From positions 4,397 through 68,396 of the forward strand of contig CAVIJD010000008.1 in assembly GCA_963643165.1 (NCBI GenBank): DNA of 64,000 bases, given 5' to 3'. Below the pieces are notes generated by a model, which was given only the letters and a program-made list of their open reading frames with translations, had not been told where the DNA came from and made no database searches. Of this stretch, positions 47,215 to 55,082 are shown piece by piece; positions within the stretch are counted from its first letter, which is position 1, and every line of letters begins with the position of its first letter. This DNA comes from a bacterium (lineage in GTDB: Bacteria > Bacteroidota > Bacteroidia > Bacteroidales > WCHB1-69). The position numbers were made by a program, and so were the translations under genes.

Positions 47215-48084
47215 TTATCTCACTTTCACCTTTTCCACCTGAAGAACCTTGCGGTTCTGTTTGTCATAAAGGATGGCCACCACATAGCAGTTGTCCACAT
47301 TCCAGTCTTTGCCCTCAAAGCTGACTTTTGCGGCTTTGTAATAGGCGTGCCCTTTTTGCAGAACGCCATCATCTGTAAGCAGGTCGCCCCACGTGCCGTT
47401 GATGCCCGTGCGCAGCACATGGTTGTGAACATAGTCCTGCACCGTGTCGGAGTCATAGAGTTGGGGTTGAACGATATTGTCTTCAATCAGCAGCAGAGAG
47501 AGTTGCACGGGGTCGGGATAATCGGCCAGCATCGTCACCTTGGCAGTAGTCTTGAGTTCGTCCGAAAACTGGTTCACCAGTTGAACGGCGGCATAGACCG
47601 TGCGGTCGGTCTCTTTGACCAATTTTTCCCATTCCATAATGGCTGCGCCGCCGTTGTCGTCATTGCGGTCGATGACGGCAGAGGGGATGCTTTGTATATT
47701 GTAAGTTGTGCCCAAAGCATTGCCGATTTCCGTGCGGAAGTCGTACGGGAAGCCATTGTTGGGTTTAGGGTTAGCCAAGGTGGTGTAATGGACGCCCACT
47801 GCCACCAGCGTATCGCCAAAGATGCCGTGGAGCCGTTCCAGTTCCTGGTGGCCACGGGGGCAGTTGGTACAGCGGTGTCCTGTATATTCCTCAATCAAGA
47901 CCTTGCGGTAAACCGTTGCGGGGTCAACCGGGAGGAGGTCAAAAAGCGTGGTGTCATACGCTGTATGTTGCGGCACGGTGAGGTATGGGCCCTCAATGCG
48001 GTCGCAGGATGTGCCCATGACAGCGGCAAAGAGTGCCAGCACCATTATTTTATTCACTTTATTCATAAATACTTGTTTATTCAT
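47215..48084 (-). CDS. Omp28-related / thioredoxin-fold lipoprotein with CxxC
   Basis: Lipoprotein signal ...LALFAAVMGTSC. The segment EEYTGHRCTNCPRGH (CxxC) is typical of Omp28-related Bacteroidetes proteins, as I recall them. Confidence 0.5.
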   Translation of the reverse strand: MNKQVFMNKVNKIMVLALFAAVMGTSCDRIEGPYLTVPQHTAYDTTLFDLLPVDPATVYRKVLIEEYTGHRCTNCPRGHQELERLHGIFGDTLVAVGVHYTTLANPKPNNGFPYDFRTEIGNALGTTYNIQSIPSAVIDRNDDNGGAAIMEWEKLVKETDRTVYAAVQLVNQFSDELKTTAKVTMLADYPDPVQLSLLLIEDNIVQPQLYDSDTVQDYVHNHVLRTGINGTWGDLLTDDGVLQKGHAYYKAAKVSFEGKDWNVDNCYVVAILYDKQNRKVLQVEKVKVR

Positions 48085-48090
48085 TAGACA

Positions 48091-49830
48091 TTAAAACGAT
48101 GTGGTGACAGAAAGGCCCAAGCCGTAGGAGGCGGGCACGGTACGGCACACGCCGCCGATGCAAAGGATGCCCTCCTGGGTTTTGCCGAAGTTAAGCGAGA
48201 TGCGCGTAGTGTTCCAAACGAAAGTGCCGGCGATGTTGTAATAATGGATCCTTTGTTCTTTCACCTTGTTGCCGTAGTTCCACTGGTCGCCTACAGACAC
48301 GAACCATTTGGGACTGATAGAGTATTCAAGCATGCCGTAGATCCAACTGCCCTTGTCGTCCTTGGTATAGAGGTGTTGGGCTTCGAGGCGGAGTGCGTGT
48401 ACGGGGGTCACCTTCCACTGCAGGTCGGCGGCCACCAGATGCCCGCGCATAATGCCCTCGTGTCCTTGCAATATTTCCATATTGTAAGTAATATAATTGT
48501 AAGCGAGAATGAGTTTCCACTGCTTGGTGAGGCGGCGGCTGATTTCAAAGCCGACGTCCTGATAGAGCAAATCGGGACCGAACTTGAAGAAACTGGAGGT
48601 ATAGCCGTCGGTGCCGCCGGTATTGCCGTTGAGGACTGCCTCGTCGGTAAGTTGCTTGTCGATATTATGGAAGCGAGAGTAATTGAAAGTCAAGTCGGTG
48701 CCGTACTTGCCACCAATTTTGGTTTTCTTGGGTATTCTGTAGTTCACCTGCAGTTGTGCGCCGATCTGGCTGTTAGGTTGCGAGGCGAAGCTGTAATTGC
48801 CGATCAGCTGGTAGGAGTATTGCCGGTTGATGGCGGGGATGTTGTTGATCATAAGGGTTGACGTGGTCGGGCTGGTCATACGTTGGGAGCGGAAATCCAT
48901 ATTGTCGGCGCGGATGAACGAGGCTGCAATGCCGAGTCCTTTCATCGCGTAGGTTGCCGACAGGAAAAGGGCGTTGCCTTTCCGATAGACGAATCCGTTA
49001 GAGTAATTGGGGTCTTGGCTCTTGGCCGCGTATTCGCCATCGAGTCTGAAGCCCTTGTATCCGAAGCTCAGTCGTGTAGCCCAGGTGGCCACATTTTTCG
49101 GAATCTTGTCCATAGTAATCTGGGCGGAAGAAGCGCTGTCCGTGCCGGGATAGACGGAAACGTAGATCGGGTCATCTACCTGTTCGTACTTGCTCACGAA
49201 AGAGGCGCCGGCATTGAGCATAAAGCCCTTTTCAGACAGTTTAGGGAAAAGTTCGCCGAACATCAGCTCGCCGTCGAGACCGCGCACCTGGTCGTTGCGG
49301 CCGCTATATGATTGAAAGTTGAGACGTTGCAAGCCATACACGCCTTTAAGGACAATACCCTTGTAGGGAGTAACCTTCACGCGGCCGCCCAGCAGACTGT
49401 TGTCGATGCCCAACTGCCGGTCTTCGTAGGCTCTGAGGGCCAGACCGTTGCCGAACTGCTCATAAAAGGTACCGGCGGTCACTTGGATGAAATCATTGCG
49501 GTAGTCTGCGAAGAAGTACTTGATGCCCTGCCCTTGGTAGCCGATCTTCTCAAAGTCGAGGAGCGGGAACTGGTAGAACTCGTAGCGCATGCCGGCAGAG
49601 AAGCCGCCGTTGAAATAGAGCAGGTTGAGGAAGGCGTTGGCGCGGACTTTGGAGTCCACCTTCTCGGCACCGATGAGGGAGTCGGGGATATAATACATGC
49701 CGTTGAAACCGAAGTCGCCGCTGATGCGACCGCTGCCGATCTGATGCTGAGCAAACGTAGAGCCGGCAAGAACTGTCAGGAGCAGGGCTGCCGACAGTTT
49801 AAGGAGTAGATGTCTTTTCATATATTGCAA
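48091..49830 (-). CDS. Putative outer-membrane beta-barrel protein
   Basis: Signal peptide (LLLTVLAGSTFAQ), alternating-hydrophobic beta-strand character throughout, aromatic C-terminal residue (...LSVTTSF). Possibly DUF6029-type, not verifiable here. Confidence 0.5.
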   Translation of the reverse strand: MQYMKRHLLLKLSAALLLTVLAGSTFAQHQIGSGRISGDFGFNGMYYIPDSLIGAEKVDSKVRANAFLNLLYFNGGFSAGMRYEFYQFPLLDFEKIGYQGQGIKYFFADYRNDFIQVTAGTFYEQFGNGLALRAYEDRQLGIDNSLLGGRVKVTPYKGIVLKGVYGLQRLNFQSYSGRNDQVRGLDGELMFGELFPKLSEKGFMLNAGASFVSKYEQVDDPIYVSVYPGTDSASSAQITMDKIPKNVATWATRLSFGYKGFRLDGEYAAKSQDPNYSNGFVYRKGNALFLSATYAMKGLGIAASFIRADNMDFRSQRMTSPTTSTLMINNIPAINRQYSYQLIGNYSFASQPNSQIGAQLQVNYRIPKKTKIGGKYGTDLTFNYSRFHNIDKQLTDEAVLNGNTGGTDGYTSSFFKFGPDLLYQDVGFEISRRLTKQWKLILAYNYITYNMEILQGHEGIMRGHLVAADLQWKVTPVHALRLEAQHLYTKDDKGSWIYGMLEYSISPKWFVSVGDQWNYGNKVKEQRIHYYNIAGTFVWNTTRISLNFGKTQEGILCIGGVCRTVPASYGLGLSVTTSF

Positions 49831-49843
49831 TTATACGAACCTA

Positions 49844-50374
49844 TTATTCTGCTGTCTTTTGCTCTTCGGCCAGTTTTTTCACAATCTCATAGACCTCTTT
49901 CTCGCTGCCCGGAGCGTACGAGGTGTGCTGCCAGACGATTTCGCCTTTGCCATTGAGGATGCACATATAAGGCACGTCGTTGACATTCATCGCTCTTTTG
50001 AAGTCGGAGTTGACATCGAGGAGCACGGTATATTCCCAACCTTTGCCGTTCACGAAAGGAGCGACGCGTGCCGAAGTCTTGGCGTCGTCAATAGAGACGG
50101 CATACAGTTTAACGCCGGTTTCTTCCACCCAGTCCTCGTACTCGTCGGCGATGGCGAGGAGTTCAGCGATGCAGGGTTTGCACCATGTAGCCCAGAGGCT
50201 GACGATTACGGGTTTGCCGTCATTGCTGATGTCTGCGGTGTTGAACACCTTGCCGTCGATAGTCTGGATATTCACGGATGGCAGTCCGGCGGCGGGTTTT
50301 TGCGGGTTCTGGTTCTGTGCGCCCAAAGAAAGGCACAGCGTAATTGCTGCTGCAATCAAAAAGATCTTTTTCAT
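49844..50374 (-). CDS. TlpA-family thiol:disulfide oxidoreductase
   Basis: Signal peptide plus the thioredoxin active site WATWCKPC. 176 aa. Confidence 0.85.
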   Translation of the reverse strand: MKKIFLIAAAITLCLSLGAQNQNPQKPAAGLPSVNIQTIDGKVFNTADISNDGKPVIVSLWATWCKPCIAELLAIADEYEDWVEETGVKLYAVSIDDAKTSARVAPFVNGKGWEYTVLLDVNSDFKRAMNVNDVPYMCILNGKGEIVWQHTSYAPGSEKEVYEIVKKLAEEQKTAE

Positions 50375-51828
50375 TGTTCTTGATTTTTTATTCTGAAAAG
50401 GGGATTATTGTCTTGTTGTTCTTCTTGGGGATAACGGAGATAGAAAAAGTCGGCGAGTCCATTCCCCGGCGACGGCAGGTCGCGGCTCAGCACTTGTCCG
50501 GCCGGGGCAAGCAGCAGATAGCTCGGCAGCGTCTCGATGTGCTCCGACTGCAGCCAGTCGTAGTTGCCGTTGAAATGCCATATTGGCCACGAAAAGCGCG
50601 ATTTGTATTTTTGGCAGAAGCGGCGGTAGTCTTTGGAGTCCATGTCCACGTCAAGGCTCACAAACTGCACGCGGTCGCCGAAACGTCGGTTGAGTTCTTC
50701 CAACATTTTCATCTCCCGTATGCAATCAACGCAGTCGCTCTGAAACACATGGACAAATACATCCTTGCCGTCTCCGAACTGGCTGAACCGGGCATCCTCC
50801 CCGTTTTCGTCTTTCCAAACGCAATCGACTTTCTCTTTCGGGTCGGGTGCCAGCAGACGCAAGGCATTCTCGGCATAGAGGGCGTGTTCCGGGAAACGGG
50901 TCTCTTGGCGGAGGCTCCGGAGGATGGTCAGGAGATTGGCTCCGTCAAACTCCTCATTGCCGTACAAGTCGATGACATTGCGGATGATAGCCAACTCGCG
51001 CACCCGGTCGGAACGCAGCATGGGGTCACGTCCCAAGCCACTGAAAAGTGCCGTATAGTCGGGCTTGTCGTTGATGGCCGTGCTCAGCAATTCTTTAGGC
51101 ACATACTTTGAATTGTAGAGGTGTCCGGAATAGAAGTTGTTGAACAGCAGCATATAAGCGGGATTGTCGTACAGCACGTCATGGTCAAAGAAGCGTTCAA
51201 ACACCGACTGTCTGTCCTTGGGGAAGCACAGTCTGTCGAGGAGGCCGCAGGTATAATAGACGTACGAAGTATAGAAATTGTCGGCATCGTAATGCACGTC
51301 AAAGTCCTTGTTCAGCAGCATCATGACCGTATCATAGGCGGACTTGTCGCGGTCATAGACCAGTTTGAAGCCGTATTGGTCCATCAGTTCATTGAAATAG
51401 CGGTCAAAGCGGTTGATTTTGTAGTTAAGGTCCGCGGTATCTGTCTCATCAGCGGTCACATATAGGAAGCCGCCGTATCTTTCGGGGTTCACGAAGCCGA
51501 AGAGGGCGGTGTCGGCGGAGACATGGAAGTGGTAAGTGCGCGCGGGCACGATGAACAGTTCGGCTTTGGTGGTCCTAATGGCCAGTTGTGCCGGGCGAAT
51601 GGCGGTGGCGGCATATTGCAGGCTGAAGTGTCCGTCTCCACCTATGGTGCAGGTTGCCACCGTCTTGGGGATGCGGTTGAAGAGGTCCTCAAAAACCACT
51701 AGCCTGATCTCTTCATTCTTTGCAAATGGGGCATCGCCCTCGATGACGACAGGCTTCTGTCCTGCCGCCGCCGCTGCCGTCGTGAGGAGCAGGCACAATG
51801 CTATCCATCTGCAAAACAGGTTGTTCAT
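50371..51828 (-). CDS. Secreted protein with a C-terminal thioredoxin-like domain (CxxC)
   Basis: Signal peptide MNNLFCRWIALCLLLTTAAAAAGQ. The C-terminal ~130 aa have FQSDCVDCIREM (CxxC) in a TlpA-like context. 4-nt overlap with the downstream tlpA-like gene. Confidence 0.55.
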   Translation of the reverse strand: MNNLFCRWIALCLLLTTAAAAAGQKPVVIEGDAPFAKNEEIRLVVFEDLFNRIPKTVATCTIGGDGHFSLQYAATAIRPAQLAIRTTKAELFIVPARTYHFHVSADTALFGFVNPERYGGFLYVTADETDTADLNYKINRFDRYFNELMDQYGFKLVYDRDKSAYDTVMMLLNKDFDVHYDADNFYTSYVYYTCGLLDRLCFPKDRQSVFERFFDHDVLYDNPAYMLLFNNFYSGHLYNSKYVPKELLSTAINDKPDYTALFSGLGRDPMLRSDRVRELAIIRNVIDLYGNEEFDGANLLTILRSLRQETRFPEHALYAENALRLLAPDPKEKVDCVWKDENGEDARFSQFGDGKDVFVHVFQSDCVDCIREMKMLEELNRRFGDRVQFVSLDVDMDSKDYRRFCQKYKSRFSWPIWHFNGNYDWLQSEHIETLPSYLLLAPAGQVLSRDLPSPGNGLADFFYLRYPQEEQQDNNPLFRIKNQEQ

Positions 51829-51831
51829 CTT

Positions 51832-52299
51832 CTATTCTATTTCAGGGAGTTGGTATGACACATACTGGGAATAGTCGGCGTGCAGCATCCAGAGTTCGCG
51901 CACCAGCGAAGAGGAGACGTGCCGCCACTGCGGTGACGTTGGCACAAACAGCGTTTCCACATCTGACGCCAACTGTCTGTTCACCAGGCAGATTTCCTCC
52001 TCGACCATATAGTCGGAGACATTGCGCAGGCCGCGGAGCATATAGCCGGCATTCACCTTATGGCAGAGTTCGACCGTCAGCCCCTCGTAGGCCATAATTT
52101 CCACCTTAGGTTGTTGGGCATATACGTTGCGGATCCAGTCGAGGCGTTGTTCAACAGAAAAGGCGTCCTGTTTGCGGGCATTGTGACCCACGGCGATGAC
52201 GATCTTGTCGAAAAGAGGCAAGGCTTTCCGTACAACATCTTCATGTCCCTTGGTAAACGGGCAGAACGATCCGGCAAAAACAGCAATCTTATCCATCAT
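51832..52299 (-). CDS. coaD: Pantetheine-phosphate adenylyltransferase
   Basis: AVFAGSFCPFTKGHEDVV (nucleotidyltransferase T/HxGH motif), 155 aa, typical CoaD length and pattern. Confidence 0.9.
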   Translation of the reverse strand: MMDKIAVFAGSFCPFTKGHEDVVRKALPLFDKIVIAVGHNARKQDAFSVEQRLDWIRNVYAQQPKVEIMAYEGLTVELCHKVNAGYMLRGLRNVSDYMVEEEICLVNRQLASDVETLFVPTSPQWRHVSSSLVRELWMLHADYSQYVSYQLPEIE

Positions 52300-52305
52300 C
52301 AGCCG

Positions 52306-52869
52306 TCAGTCGCGAAGGACCGTAAAATTATAGTCATCCAGAAACTTAATCAGGCGCGAGGGTTTATACTCGACCGAGTCGGCGTACGTTTGGGGCACCA
52401 CATAGTCCATCTTGGCCACAATCTCGGGGCTGATGTCCATGAACGTCCTGGGGGTAGGTTGTGCGGCCACGTTCGCGGAAGTGGAGACGATAGGCTTGCC
52501 GAGTGCCTTGATGAGGCGACGGCAGAAATCCTGCTGCACAATGCGGATAGCGATAGTGCCGTCGTCGTGAACCAGTTTTTTAGGCAAGTGCTGGGCGGTA
52601 GGATAGATAAAAGTGGTAGGGCGCGACACGTTGGCGGCGAGGTCCCAGGCAATCAGCGGGATGCGTTCCACATACATCGGCAGTCGTTCTGCCGAGTCGA
52701 GCAAGATAATCATACTCTTCTTCTCGTCGCGCTGTTTGATGCGGTATATTTTAGTCACGGCCTCTTCGTTCGTAGCATCGCAGCCGATGCCCCACACGGT
52801 GTCTGTGGGATAAAGCAGAACCTTACCCTCGCGCAGCAGTGCGGCACATTTCTCTATTTCCTGTTCCAT
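52306..52869 (-). CDS. tsaC: L-threonylcarbamoyladenylate synthase (YrdC/TsaC/Sua5 family)
   Basis: Start chosen at ATG 52869 (MEQEIEKCAALLREGKVLLYPTDTVWGIGCDATN). YrdC-domain motifs KQRDEKKSMIIL and STSAN. Confidence 0.85.
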   Translation of the reverse strand: MEQEIEKCAALLREGKVLLYPTDTVWGIGCDATNEEAVTKIYRIKQRDEKKSMIILLDSAERLPMYVERIPLIAWDLAANVSRPTTFIYPTAQHLPKKLVHDDGTIAIRIVQQDFCRRLIKALGKPIVSTSANVAAQPTPRTFMDISPEIVAKMDYVVPQTYADSVEYKPSRLIKFLDDYNFTVLRD

Positions 52870-52891
52870 TCTTTTTCGGCTATTAAATATT

Positions 52892-52937
52892 GGCTGCAAA
52901 CATACAAAAAAAATGATTTTTTTGTATGTTTGCAGCC
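52892..52937. promoter_or_regulatory. 46-bp perfect palindrome carrying two divergent TATGTTTG -7 boxes (bidirectional promoter candidate)
   Basis: 52892-52912 GGCTGCAAACATACAAAAAAA, then ATGA, then 52917-52937 TTTTTTTGTATGTTTGCAGCC. TATGTTTG (TAnnTTTG) reads rightward at 52925-52932, 25 nt before ATG 52957, and leftward at 52897-52904, 28 nt before ATG 52869. Confidence 0.55.
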
Positions 52938-52956
52938 TGTAAAAAAAATCCCGGAT

Positions 52957-53406
52957 ATGAATTTGGAACAACGCATCAATGACGACATTAAAGCGGCCAT
53001 GTTAGCCCGTGAGAAAGAGAAACTGAACGCCTTGCGCGCCGTAAAGTCGGCAATTCTGCTGGCCAAGACCCAAAAAGGCGCGTCTGCCGAGATTGGCGAG
53101 GCAGAGGAAATCAAGTTGTTGAAGCAGCTGGTGAAGCAACGTCAGGACGCGGCCGACACCTACAAGGCACAAAACCGCGACGACCTGTATCAGGAAGAGA
53201 AGGCGCAACTGGACATCATTTCCGCCTATCTGCCCCAGATGATGACAGAAGAGGAGATTGAGGCCGGCCTCAAGAAGATTATGGAAGACAACGGCTTCGC
53301 CGGAATGAAAGACATGGGCAAGATGATGGGCGCCGCCACCCGCGCGTTTGCGGGCAAGGCCGACAACCGCACCGTTTCGGACATCGTGAAGCGACTTCTC
53401 TCCTAA
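52957..53406 (+). CDS. GatB/YqeY domain-containing protein
   Basis: 149 aa: MNLEQRINDDIKAAMLAREKEKLNALRAVKSAILLAK... is the characteristic YqeY pattern. The long track ORF (52060..) is an antisense read-through extension. Confidence 0.85.
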   Translation: MNLEQRINDDIKAAMLAREKEKLNALRAVKSAILLAKTQKGASAEIGEAEEIKLLKQLVKQRQDAADTYKAQNRDDLYQEEKAQLDIISAYLPQMMTEEEIEAGLKKIMEDNGFAGMKDMGKMMGAATRAFAGKADNRTVSDIVKRLLS

Positions 53407-53427
53407 CCCAAGCCAGCAACCAGCCAG

Positions 53428-54564
53428 ATGAAGTACTACATCATAGCCGGCGAGGCGTCGGGCGACCTTCATGCCGCCAACCTGATGAAAGCCCTGAAAG
53501 TGCGCGACCCGCAGGCGGAGTTCCGCTGCTGGGGCGGCGACCTGATGGAAGCCGAGGGCGGCGACTTGGTCAAGCACTACCGCGATCTGGCCTTCATGGG
53601 TTTCTGGGAGGTCTTTGTGCACCTCAACACAATACTCCGCAACATCAAAATCTGCGAGACAGACATCCTGCTTTATGAACCGGACGCCGTCATTCTGGTT
53701 GACTATCCGGGCTTCAACCTGCGCATTGCCCGCTTTGCCAAAGAAAACGGGTTGAAAGTCATCTACTACATCTCGCCGCAGATCTGGGCCTGGAAGAAAG
53801 GGCGCATCCGTCAAATCCGCAAATACGTTGACGAGATGCTCGTCATCCTCCCGTTTGAGCAGGCGTTCTATGCCCGCAACGGCATGGAGGTGCATTATGT
53901 AGGGCATCCGCTGCTGGATGCCGTAAGCGGCGACCTGCGCGAGCAAGAGGCCGTAAAGTCGTTCCGCAGCAGCAACGGCCTTGACGGGCGCGACATCATC
54001 GCGTTGCTGCCCGGCAGCCGCAAGCAGGAGATTGCCGCCATACTGCCCCGCATGCTCAAGGTGGTGCCGTTGTTTCCGCAGTACCAGTTTGTCGTATCGA
54101 CCGTAAACTGGCAGTCTGCCGAACTATACAGCAAATATATAGGCACTTGTGACGTAAAACAGGTTTCCGGCAGTGCCTATCCGCTGCTAGCCAACGCCAA
54201 AGCCGCCATCGTAGCCTCCGGAACCGCCACCCTCGAAACGGCCATGATCGGCACGCCGCAAGTGGTCTGCTATGCCGGCAGCGAACTCTCGTACCTCATC
54301 GCCAAGAACCTCATCTCCGGCATCCGCTTCATTTCCTTGCCGAACCTTATTGCCGACAAGAAAATCGTGAGCGAACTGATACAGCACGACCTCAACACCG
54401 GCACCCTCAAAGAAGAATTGGGCCTTATAACTGAAAACCAGCCTAATATAGACCGCATAAAGGCAGACTACCGGCAGCTGTATGCCCTCTTGGGCAACGG
54501 GTCCGCCTCTGCCAAAGCCGCCGGCGTCATCATAGAAAGCCTGTCAAACACCACAAAAAATTAA
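53428..54564 (+). CDS. lpxB: Lipid-A-disaccharide synthase
   Basis: The N-terminal MKYYIIAGEASGDLHAANLMKAL and the overall 378-aa GT19 pattern (DYPGFNLR, PGSR.QEI). Confidence 0.9.
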   Translation: MKYYIIAGEASGDLHAANLMKALKVRDPQAEFRCWGGDLMEAEGGDLVKHYRDLAFMGFWEVFVHLNTILRNIKICETDILLYEPDAVILVDYPGFNLRIARFAKENGLKVIYYISPQIWAWKKGRIRQIRKYVDEMLVILPFEQAFYARNGMEVHYVGHPLLDAVSGDLREQEAVKSFRSSNGLDGRDIIALLPGSRKQEIAAILPRMLKVVPLFPQYQFVVSTVNWQSAELYSKYIGTCDVKQVSGSAYPLLANAKAAIVASGTATLETAMIGTPQVVCYAGSELSYLIAKNLISGIRFISLPNLIADKKIVSELIQHDLNTGTLKEELGLITENQPNIDRIKADYRQLYALLGNGSASAKAAGVIIESLSNTTKN

Positions 54565-54621
54565 ATCCTGTTGCAACACAAAAGCATCCATATCGTTAAA
54601 ACAAAAGCACATCGCCTGAAT

Positions 54622-55068
54622 ATGAAAAAAATCATCATCTTCGCAATCATAACGTTCTCATTCGCAATATGTAATGCCGAACAGTTGTCCTTCCGTACCT
54701 ACGGTGCGGTTTCAACGGCGGCGGCATTGGCATCCGGTGACACGATCCCATTCTTCGTGCCCAATGCTTTCACCCCCAACAGTGACGGCCTCAACGAGAC
54801 CTTCCATCTCAAGTACGAAATAGAGCCGTTTGCCACCTTTTCGTTTTTCCAGATGATGATCTACGACCGTCACGGCAAACTGCTGTTCAAGTCGAACCTC
54901 AACAACCCGATGGCCGAATGGGACGGCACCGACAAGAACGGCGTCGCTTGTCCGGCCGGGGTGTATGTCTGCGTCATCAAATACCGGCTCAGCGGTGCTG
55001 AAGAGAGCGGCACTGTCGGCAAGAACGACTATATGGTATATAAGCACACCATCGCATTGCTCAGATAA
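54622..55068 (+). CDS. Small secreted protein consisting essentially of a T9SS type-B (gliding-motility C-terminal) sorting domain
   Basis: Start chosen at MKKIIIFAIITFSFAICNA. FVPNAFTPNSDGLNETF ... MIYDRHGKLLFKS ... WDGTDKNGVACPAGVYVCVIKY matches the type-B CTD signature. Confidence 0.75.
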   Translation: MKKIIIFAIITFSFAICNAEQLSFRTYGAVSTAAALASGDTIPFFVPNAFTPNSDGLNETFHLKYEIEPFATFSFFQMMIYDRHGKLLFKSNLNNPMAEWDGTDKNGVACPAGVYVCVIKYRLSGAEESGTVGKNDYMVYKHTIALLR

Positions 55069-55082
55069 TAATTTTCCTAAAA

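Noticed and set aside
52060-52956. N-terminal 299 codons of the 448-aa track ORF 52060..53406
   Set aside because: This part is antisense to coaD and tsaC and crosses the palindromic promoter. The recognisable YqeY domain starts at ATG 52957, 25 nt after a -7 box.
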